DNA of 64,000 nt from an uncultured Gemmatimonadaceae bacterium. GTDB taxonomy: Bacteria > Gemmatimonadota > Gemmatimonadetes > Gemmatimonadales > Gemmatimonadaceae. Of the stretch, positions 30,771 to 38,356 are shown in pieces. Numbering within the stretch: the first letter of the stretch is position 1; each line of letters opens with the position of its first letter. A program made the translations under genes and the position numbers. Location of the stretch: positions 224,001 to 288,000 of the forward strand of contig CAWGJO010000020.1 in NCBI GenBank assembly GCA_963822945.1. The letters are read 5' to 3'. The notes beneath the pieces are model-generated. The model saw only the letters and a list, made by a program, of their open reading frames with translations. It was not told the DNA's origin and did no database searches.

Positions 30771-31048
30771 GAGGGGAAGACATGATCGTCGCCGTCACCG
30801 GACTCGTCGTGGTGGCGTACATCTTTCGCAGCATCATCGGGCTGATCGGGCGGCGGCTCGACGCCAGGTCACGTCCGGCGTTCAACCCCGAGGCCGACCA
30901 GCGCCTGGCACGCATCGAGCAGGCCGTCGACGCAATTGCCGTCGAGGTCGAGCGTATTTCCGAAGGCCAACGCTTCACTACCCGCCTGCTGTCCGACCGC
31001 GGACAGGGCCAACCCGTTCCCGCATCCAAGCCTCCGGTGCAATCATGA
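30767..31048 (+). CDS. Small TM plus coiled-coil protein (PspB-like architecture)
   Basis: TM helix followed by RLARIEQAVDAIAVEVERISEGQRFTTRLL. Confidence 0.8.
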   Translation: MRGEDMIVAVTGLVVVAYIFRSIIGLIGRRLDARSRPAFNPEADQRLARIEQAVDAIAVEVERISEGQRFTTRLLSDRGQGQPVPASKPPVQS

Positions 31049-31377
31049 CGACCGCAATGCTGCTGCAGCAGGTCATTCTGCCCCCCGGCATCCCCGACAA
31101 TGCCGTCCCCGTGGTCGGCATCGTGTTCGGCACGATCATGATCATGGTGATCGTGACGCCGATCATCCGTGCGATCATCCGGGCCGTGGAACGGCGGCAC
31201 CAGCCGGCACCGGCCACGGCGCTGCCCGCCGACCTCGGGGCCCGGCTCGACCGCATCGAACAGACGGTGGATTCGATCGCCGTCGAGATCGAGCGGGTGT
31301 CCGAAGCCCAGCGATTCCTCACCCGCCTGCAGACCGAGCAACGCGCCATTCCCGGTGCCCAGCAACCGCCGCGCTGA
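31045..31377 (+). CDS. Paralogous small TM plus coiled-coil protein
   Basis: TM helix followed by RLDRIEQTVDSIAVEIERVSEAQRFLTRL; ATGA overlap with the previous gene. Confidence 0.8.
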   Translation: MTTAMLLQQVILPPGIPDNAVPVVGIVFGTIMIMVIVTPIIRAIIRAVERRHQPAPATALPADLGARLDRIEQTVDSIAVEIERVSEAQRFLTRLQTEQRAIPGAQQPPR

Positions 31378-31397
31378 CCACCGCCATCGGCCCGGCC

Positions 31398-32780
31398 ATG
31401 CCCAGCGTTCTGATCATCGACGATGAGCCCAACATCCGGCGGATGGTGGGCGCGCTGCTCGCCGCCGAGGGATTCGAGGTGCGCGACGCGGCCGACGGCG
31501 CCAGCGGCGTGATGCGCGCCGCCGAATCGGAGCCCGACGCGGTGCTGCTGGACCTGATGATGCCCGGAGAGTTGGACGGCATGGCCACGCTTCACAAGCT
31601 CCGCGAGACGGCGCCCGACACGCCGGTGGTGATGATGAGCGGCAAGGCGGGGCTGAGCGATGCCGTGAAGGCCACGAAGCACGGCGCGTTCAACTTTCTC
31701 GAAAAGCCGCTGAGCCCCGAAGGCGTGCTCCTGGCCCTCTCGTCGGCCATCGAACTGCGGCGGGCGCGCCGCGAAGCCAAGGCGTTGCGCGCCGAGGTGG
31801 GGCTGAGCGGAGAGATGGTGGGCACGAGTCCGGCCCTGGCGCGCGTGCGGGAGATGATCGCCCGGGTGGCGGCGTCCGACGCCCGGGTACTCATCAGCGG
31901 GGAATCGGGCACCGGCAAGGAACTGGTGGCGGCGGCGATCCACAACGCGAGTCCGCGACGCGACCGGCCGTTCGTGCGCGTCAACTGCGCCGCCATTCCG
32001 CGCGACCTGCTGGAAAGCGAGATGTTCGGACACGAGAAGGGCGCGTTCACGGGGGCGTCGGAGCGGCGCATCGGACGGTTCGAACTCGCACACACGGGCA
32101 CGCTGCTGCTCGACGAGGTGGGCGATCTGGGCCAGGAGGCGCAGGCCAAGCTGCTGCGGGCGATCGAGGCCAAGGAGATCGAGCGCGTGGGAGGCGGCAA
32201 GCCGATTCGCGTGGACGTCCGCATTCTCGCCGCGACGAACAAGGATCTCGCGCGCGCCGTGGCCGAGGGCAGTTTCCGGGAGGATCTGCTGTTCCGGCTC
32301 AACGTGATTCCGCTGCACGTGCCGCCGCTGCGGGAGCGTCCCGACGACATCCCCGCTCTCGTCGAGCACTTCTCGCGCCTGCACGCATCGCGCACCGGCC
32401 ACCCGGCGCCCCGCTGGACCGACGACGCGATTGCACTGCTCACCCGCTACCGCTGGCCCGGCAACGTCCGTGAGTTGGCGAACGTGGTGGAGCGGCTGGC
32501 GATCCTGCACGCCGGCGGCGAGGTGACGGCCGCTCAGGTACGCGACGTCGTGACGATCCGCCAGGGCGACGGCGAGGCGGCACCGCCCACCCTGCCCGAT
32601 CCGTCGCGGCTCACGCAGTCGCTGAGCGATACGCTGGACGACTACGAGCGAACGCTGATCTCGCGGGCACTCTCGATGGCCGGCGGGAACGTGGCCGAGG
32701 CCGCCCGGCGGCTGCAGACCGACCGACCGAACCTCTACCGCCGGATGCGCCGCCTGGGAATCGGCAATGGGGGCGAATGA
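31398..32780 (+). CDS. Sigma54-dependent response regulator (NtrC/NtrX family)
   Basis: Receiver domain, GESGTGKE, GAFTGA, WPGNVREL and a Fis-type HTH. Confidence 0.95.
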   Translation: MPSVLIIDDEPNIRRMVGALLAAEGFEVRDAADGASGVMRAAESEPDAVLLDLMMPGELDGMATLHKLRETAPDTPVVMMSGKAGLSDAVKATKHGAFNFLEKPLSPEGVLLALSSAIELRRARREAKALRAEVGLSGEMVGTSPALARVREMIARVAASDARVLISGESGTGKELVAAAIHNASPRRDRPFVRVNCAAIPRDLLESEMFGHEKGAFTGASERRIGRFELAHTGTLLLDEVGDLGQEAQAKLLRAIEAKEIERVGGGKPIRVDVRILAATNKDLARAVAEGSFREDLLFRLNVIPLHVPPLRERPDDIPALVEHFSRLHASRTGHPAPRWTDDAIALLTRYRWPGNVRELANVVERLAILHAGGEVTAAQVRDVVTIRQGDGEAAPPTLPDPSRLTQSLSDTLDDYERTLISRALSMAGGNVAEAARRLQTDRPNLYRRMRRLGIGNGGE

Positions 32781-32894
32781 GGTCGAAGCGACACACCCCG
32801 ACTGCCGCGGTCCGGGGACACCGGCCGGTGGCGTGCGCCACCGCGGCGGCCGGTAAGTGCTTCCGGGGGGACCGGTTGCCCCCGCGCGGCAGCT

Positions 32895-32912
32895 CCGGCA
32901 CGGGGGGTGCGT
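32895..32912 (+). promoter_or_regulatory. Putative sigma54 (-24/-12) promoter
   Basis: CCGGCACGGGGGGTGCGT has GG-N10-GC and lies ~35 bp before the ATG; GGTCGAAGCGACAC is at 32781-32794. Confidence 0.5.
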
Positions 32913-32943
32913 TTCGCGAGGTCGACCTACGACATTGAGAGGT

Positions 32944-34656
32944 ATGCTCATGCGACGTTTCGCCTTCGCGTTCGCCCTACTCGCCGTCCCCGTCGCGGCC
33001 GTCGCGCAGCAGCGCGACACGACGCTCCACCCACGAGCGCTTCCGCGAGACGTGGTCCGCGAAGCCGTCCGGCTGTTCAACGCCCCGGGCACTCTTCGCG
33101 CGACGGGCGCGCTCGACGTCGGCGCCGGCCGGATGATCGACGGGGACGTGGCGGTGCTCGATGGGCCGCTCACGATCGCCGGCCACGTGACGGGCACCGT
33201 GCTCGCGGTCAACGGCGACGTGATGCTGCAGCCGACGGCGCGCCTGGATGGCGACCTGCTGGTGGTGGGCGGCACGGTGCGCGGCCAGAACCGCGCCTAT
33301 GTCGGCGGGGAGATCCGGATTTACCGCGACCCGCTGCGGTACACGCAGCAGGGCGACCGGATCTCGGCCGACGACGAGGAGGCGGGCGGCGACGCGTGGT
33401 GGCGGCGCTTCGAGCCGCACCACAACGAGAGCGGAAGCAAGATTCAGGTGGCGAGTGCCGGCGCGTACAACCGTGTCGAAGGGCTCCCGATCAACCTCGG
33501 CCCGCAGATCTTCCGCGACTTCAACGGCGGAAGCGCCCGCCTGGACGCCTACGCCGTGTTGCGGACCGCCAGCAGCTTCCGCGCCAGCGACAACGACGTC
33601 GGCAACAACCTGCACGGTGAGGTCCGCTGGGGCACCGGGCACGGCATCCTCATCGGCGCCGGGGCATACGATCTCGTTTCACCCGTCGAATCGTGGCAGT
33701 TGAGCAGCCTCGAATCGGGCCTCGCGGCCGCGCTCTTCCGGCGCGACTACCGCGACTACTTCCGGCGGCACGGTGGCGCCGTCGAAGCCGGCCTGTTCAG
33801 GGGCGACAAGACCACCTTTACGATTTCGTATGCCGACGAGCACTGGTCGCCGAGAGTCGACCGCAACGCCTGGACCCTGTTCCGCTCCAACACGCCGTGG
33901 CGGCCCAACCCCACGCTGGACGATGCGCATTTCCACCTGCTGAATGCGACGCTGCAGATCGACACCCGGAGCGATGCGGAGAACCCGTGGGCCGGATGGT
34001 ACGTCCTCGCCGATCTCGAACACGGCAGCGGCCGATACACCGCCCTCGGGCCGACGAGCCTTCCCCGCACCTTCCCCGTCGGCCGGCCGTCCCGCTACGA
34101 CCGCGGCTTCATCGACCTCCGACGCTACAACCGCGTGTCGCGGAACGCGCAGATCAACCTGCGCCTGGTGGCCGGCGGCTGGCTGAGCGGCGATCCGCTT
34201 CCGCTGGAGCGACGGCTGTCGGTGGACGGCTACGGAGCCCTGCCGGGATTCGGATTCCGCAGCCAGAGCGGAGGCGGGGATGTGGGGACTTGCACGACGG
34301 GCTTCGCGCCGCCGGGCTACCCGGCGCAATGCGACCGTGTGGCGCTGGCGCAGGCCGAGTACCGCAGCGACCTGCACGTGCACCTGTTCGACTGGGACGA
34401 CGACGACTGGGTGCGCCCGCACCTCAATGCCGACGGCGCGTGGGTGCTCTTCCTCGACGCGGGCCGGGGATGGATGGTCGGGAATTCAGCCGCCCCGATG
34501 ACGTACGGCAGCGGGTCGCTCCCGTCGTTCTCCTCGTTCCGCACCGACATCGGCTTCGGCCTGGACTTCAATTCGGTCGGCGTGTACCTGGCCAAGGCGC
34601 TTTCGGCGGCGGGCCAGCCGGCGCGCGTGTTCATCCGCCTTCAGCACCGCTTCTAG
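32944..34656 (+). CDS. Outer-membrane protein: bactofilin-like beta-helix plus an Omp85/BamA-like barrel
   Basis: Signal peptide; IDGDVAVLDGPLTIAGHVTGTVLAVNGDV...LDGDLLVVGG; YNRVEGL; terminal RLQHRF. The start is 32944 or 32950. Confidence 0.75.
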   Translation: MLMRRFAFAFALLAVPVAAVAQQRDTTLHPRALPRDVVREAVRLFNAPGTLRATGALDVGAGRMIDGDVAVLDGPLTIAGHVTGTVLAVNGDVMLQPTARLDGDLLVVGGTVRGQNRAYVGGEIRIYRDPLRYTQQGDRISADDEEAGGDAWWRRFEPHHNESGSKIQVASAGAYNRVEGLPINLGPQIFRDFNGGSARLDAYAVLRTASSFRASDNDVGNNLHGEVRWGTGHGILIGAGAYDLVSPVESWQLSSLESGLAAALFRRDYRDYFRRHGGAVEAGLFRGDKTTFTISYADEHWSPRVDRNAWTLFRSNTPWRPNPTLDDAHFHLLNATLQIDTRSDAENPWAGWYVLADLEHGSGRYTALGPTSLPRTFPVGRPSRYDRGFIDLRRYNRVSRNAQINLRLVAGGWLSGDPLPLERRLSVDGYGALPGFGFRSQSGGGDVGTCTTGFAPPGYPAQCDRVALAQAEYRSDLHVHLFDWDDDDWVRPHLNADGAWVLFLDAGRGWMVGNSAAPMTYGSGSLPSFSSFRTDIGFGLDFNSVGVYLAKALSAAGQPARVFIRLQHRF

Positions 34657-34659
34657 CCC

Positions 34660-35319
34660 GTGCGTGCTTACCGATGGATTCTCCTCGTGCTCCTGCTGCT
34701 GGCCCCGCCGGCGGTGGCATCGGCGCAGAAGGATCCCTCGGTCCACGTGGACCTGGCGCGCGACCGCTCGGGCGCGGAAGGACCCGTCGTGACGGTGGCG
34801 CACGTGCTCGACGACCCGCAGATCCAGGACCTTTTGCGACACGGGTTCCAGGTCGCCATGCACTTTCGCCTCGAACTCTGGCGCACCGGCGGGGTGTTCA
34901 ATGATCTGGAGCGCACCACGCGATGGGACGTGCGGGTGGTGTACAATCCCGACCCGTATGCGAAGGCCTACCACATCGTGCGACAGCACGGCAACCAGAT
35001 CGAGGACTTCGGCTCCGTGCCCACGCTCGACTCGGCGCAGGCGCTGCTGGCCCGGCCGTATCACGTGCGTCTCACACCGGCTCACGCACACGCGCGGTAC
35101 TACTACAACGTCGTGCTCGACGTGGAGTCGCTGAGCGCCAGCGATCTGAGCGAACTCCAGCGCTGGCTCAACGGCGATCTGCAACCGGCGGTGCGCGGGC
35201 GGACGAACCCGCTGTCGGCGCTCAGGAACGGCATCGGCCGGCTGCTCTCGCGTGTGCTGGGCGGGGCCAAGCGGAGCTACGAAGCGACTTCGCCGACCTT
35301 CGTCGCCGGCAGTCCGTAG
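34660..35319 (+). CDS. Exported protein, DUF4390-like
   Basis: Signal peptide. IQDLLRHGFQVAMHFRLELWR...VVYNP...YHIV...TLDSAQALL follows the DUF4390 pattern by eye. Confidence 0.55.
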   Translation: MRAYRWILLVLLLLAPPAVASAQKDPSVHVDLARDRSGAEGPVVTVAHVLDDPQIQDLLRHGFQVAMHFRLELWRTGGVFNDLERTTRWDVRVVYNPDPYAKAYHIVRQHGNQIEDFGSVPTLDSAQALLARPYHVRLTPAHAHARYYYNVVLDVESLSASDLSELQRWLNGDLQPAVRGRTNPLSALRNGIGRLLSRVLGGAKRSYEATSPTFVAGSP

Positions 35320-35349
35320 CCACGCCGCGACGCGGGGCCGGCCCGGAGT

Positions 35350-35928
35350 TCAGGCCTGGACCGTGCGGTGTTCCAGCCGTTCCAGTTGATGCAGCACCGA
35401 GTCGCCGTAGAACGTGCGGATATAGTGCGCCTGGATCGGGGTCAGCTTGCGCACGGCCCAGCTCAGGTGCACGAAGTGCGGCTCCACGGGGTGCGTGAGC
35501 GGATGCATTCCGATCTCTTCCGGCATCCGGTTGCCCTTGCGCGTATTGCACGAACTGCAGGCCGCCACGACGTTCGTCCAGTCGTTTCCGCCGCCGCGCG
35601 ACAGCGGGATCAGATGGTCGCGCGTGAGCGATTCCCGAGGTTTCAACTCGGTGAGATGGCGACCGCAGTACTGGCACTTGTAGTGGTCGCGCGCGAACAG
35701 GAACGTGTTGGTTACCTGGCGGCGGAACCGGCGCGGAACGTGGATGAACTTGGTCAACCGGATGACCACCGGGCGTGGCATGGTCAGCCGCTCGGACCGC
35801 ACCACGCGGCCGTGCTCCGCTTCGACGATTTCCGCCTTGCCGTCGATCACCAACCGCAGGGCCCGCTTCAGCGGAACCATGGTGAGCGGTTCGAACGAGG
35901 CATTCAGCGCCAGGCAGCCAACGATCAC
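35350..35928 (-). CDS. HNH endonuclease (McrA-like)
   Basis: LNASFEPL, RDHYKCQYC and DHLIPLSRGG..W.NVVAACSSCNTRKG motifs. Confidence 0.92.
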   Translation of the reverse strand: MIVGCLALNASFEPLTMVPLKRALRLVIDGKAEIVEAEHGRVVRSERLTMPRPVVIRLTKFIHVPRRFRRQVTNTFLFARDHYKCQYCGRHLTELKPRESLTRDHLIPLSRGGGNDWTNVVAACSSCNTRKGNRMPEEIGMHPLTHPVEPHFVHLSWAVRKLTPIQAHYIRTFYGDSVLHQLERLEHRTVQA

Positions 35929-35977
35929 ACGCGCCTCCCGACGTTGTGGGAGACCGCGGCCCGGCGCGGGCGACTAC

Positions 35978-36943
35978 TCATTGGTCGATCCCGGCAACGG
36001 CCGGTTCCCGTGCCGGCACCATGGTGAGCCACCCGTGGGTGTCGGGAATGCGCCCGCGCACCGTATCCAGGTAGAGTTGCTGGAGCCGCTCGGTGATCGG
36101 GCCGCGCTTGCCGTCACCCACCGGCATCCGGTCGACGCTCCGGATGGGTGTGACCTCGACCGCCGTTCCGCAGAAGAACAGTTCATCCACCACATACAGG
36201 AACTCGCGCGGCAGCAGCTGCTCGCGAACCTCGATGCCGAGTTCCCTCGCGAAGGTCAGGATCGCGTCGCGCGTGATGCCCGGCAGGATGGCGGCGCCGA
36301 GGGGGGCGGTGTAGAGCACGCCGTCGCGCACCGCGAACAGGTTCTCGCCGCTGCCCTCGGACACGAACCCGAACGAATCGAGCATGATCCCTTCGGAATA
36401 CTCATCGGCCTTGGCTTCCATCTTGGCGAGCTGCGAATTCAGGTAGTTGCCGCCGGCTTTGGCCATGGTGGGGAAGGTGTCGGGCGCCGCGCGCCGCCAG
36501 CTCGAAACACGGACGTCGACGCCGTTCTTCAATCCGTCGTCGCCGAGATAGGCGCCCCACTTCCAGGCGATCATGAACACTTCGGTACGGGCCGAATTCC
36601 CCATCACACCCATCTGTTCACCGGTGCGGATGACCACCGGGCGGAAGTAGCATTCCTCGAGATCGTTGGCGGCGATCGTCTCCAGACAGGCCTGCACCAA
36701 GTCGTCCACCGAATACTCGATCGGAATCCGGTAGATCTTGCAGGAGTCGAGGAGCCGGCGCATATGCTCGGGGGCGCGGAAAACGGCGCCGCCGTTGGGC
36801 GTGGCATAGGCGCGCATCCCTTCGAACACGCTCGACCCATAGTGCACCACGTGACTGATCACGTGGATCTTGGCGTCGTCCCAGTTCACGAGTTGACCGT
36901 CGCGCCAGATCTTCGTGGTACGGCCGGTCGGGGCCTGACTCAT
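35978..36943 (-). CDS. ilvE: Branched-chain amino acid aminotransferase
   Basis: HYGSSVFEG, AKAGGNY, EGSGENLF, LPGITR and GTAVEVTP motifs. Confidence 0.95.
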   Translation of the reverse strand: MSQAPTGRTTKIWRDGQLVNWDDAKIHVISHVVHYGSSVFEGMRAYATPNGGAVFRAPEHMRRLLDSCKIYRIPIEYSVDDLVQACLETIAANDLEECYFRPVVIRTGEQMGVMGNSARTEVFMIAWKWGAYLGDDGLKNGVDVRVSSWRRAAPDTFPTMAKAGGNYLNSQLAKMEAKADEYSEGIMLDSFGFVSEGSGENLFAVRDGVLYTAPLGAAILPGITRDAILTFARELGIEVREQLLPREFLYVVDELFFCGTAVEVTPIRSVDRMPVGDGKRGPITERLQQLYLDTVRGRIPDTHGWLTMVPAREPAVAGIDQ

Positions 36944-37018
36944 GACGGTACTCCTTGAGGCGTGAGTGCTTTCTATGATAAGCAGTAGGCCACGCCAGCC
37001 GCTAGCGGAATTCCCCCG

Positions 37019-38356
37019 CTAGGGGCGATCGGCCAACCACCGTTGCAGGGCGTCGGCCACCCGCTGCACGCGGGCCGGAAGCCCCGGATCGCGGTCCACG
37101 ATTACGCCGTCTCGAACGCGTACCGTTCCTGCCACGGTCACCAGGGACGCCGGCACGGCGTTCAGCGTGAACACCACGGCGCTCTCGACGTCGTGCACGG
37201 GGCCCAGGCGGTCGTCGAGCGGGAACGCCGCGAGGTCGGCCGACTTCCCGACTTCGAGCGACCCCACCTCGGCCTCCAGACCCAGCGCACGGGCGCCCTC
37301 GATGGTGGCCAGGCGCAGCGCCCGCGCGGCCGGCACCGCATCGGGGCGCTGGACCCGGGAGCGCTGCTGGAGCACGGCCAGGCAGGCCTCGCCCAGGATG
37401 CTCATCCGATTGCTGCTGGCCACCGAGTCGGACCCCAAGCCCACGGGAATCCCGGCCTCGAGAAACGCCGTGAGCGGCGCCACCCCATGCCCGAGCTTGG
37501 CATTCGAGCCTGGGCAGTGGGCCACGGCGCATCCCGTGGCGCTGATCGCGTGCACGTCCACGGCGGTGGCGCGCACACAGTGAATGAGCAGGGGTTGCGC
37601 GTCGAGCACCCGGAGCCCGCGCAGCAGTTGAATGGGCGTGCGCGCGCGCGGCTCCACCCGGATGCCGCGCTTGAGGAGCGCGTCGGCGAACGGGCCGCGC
37701 GCTTCGACCACCAGCCGCTGTTCCGCATCACTCTCGGCGATATGGATCGCGATCGGGAGCCGCGCCTGGATCGCGTAGCGCGCCGTGGCCGCGAACAGCC
37801 GGTCGCTCACCGTGTAGGGCGCGTGCGGCGACACGCCCACCCGCACGAGCGAGGTCTCGCGCGCCCGGAGTGCGGCGACTTTCGCCTTCAGGGCAACGAG
37901 CGACTCGTCGCACGTGGCGGGCGCCGGACCGAAGACCTCCTGGTACATGATCCCCCGCACACCGCGCTCGAGCATGGCATCGAAGGCGACTCCCGAATCG
38001 CACGTATCGGCGTACGTCGTGATGCCGGCCGCCAGCCCCTCGTCCACACCCAGGCGCGCGGAATCGAGCAGCATGTCCGGCGTCATCACTTCCTGGCGCG
38101 CGGCGACGAGGCGGCGGATCCAGGCGTGGAATTCGAGGTCCTCGAGGAAGCCGCGCATCGCCGTGAGTTCGAGATGCGTGTGTGCGTTCACGAGCCCCGG
38201 CATCAGCACGGCAGCGCCGAGTTCCACATCCTCGCCCGCCGGCGCACGGTCGCGGGGCCCTACATACGCGATGCGGTCGTGGGCCACCGCCACGGTGCCG
38301 CGGTGAATCGCCGGCGCGGTGATCGGCAGGACCCAGTCCGCGTGGTACCGGATCAC
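37019..38356 (-). CDS. Amidohydrolase (MtaD/SsnA-like deaminase)
   Basis: PGLVNAHTH, PHAPY, HIAES, GLGSD and GKSADL motifs. Confidence 0.88.
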   Translation of the reverse strand: MIRYHADWVLPITAPAIHRGTVAVAHDRIAYVGPRDRAPAGEDVELGAAVLMPGLVNAHTHLELTAMRGFLEDLEFHAWIRRLVAARQEVMTPDMLLDSARLGVDEGLAAGITTYADTCDSGVAFDAMLERGVRGIMYQEVFGPAPATCDESLVALKAKVAALRARETSLVRVGVSPHAPYTVSDRLFAATARYAIQARLPIAIHIAESDAEQRLVVEARGPFADALLKRGIRVEPRARTPIQLLRGLRVLDAQPLLIHCVRATAVDVHAISATGCAVAHCPGSNAKLGHGVAPLTAFLEAGIPVGLGSDSVASSNRMSILGEACLAVLQQRSRVQRPDAVPAARALRLATIEGARALGLEAEVGSLEVGKSADLAAFPLDDRLGPVHDVESAVVFTLNAVPASLVTVAGTVRVRDGVIVDRDPGLPARVQRVADALQRWLADRP

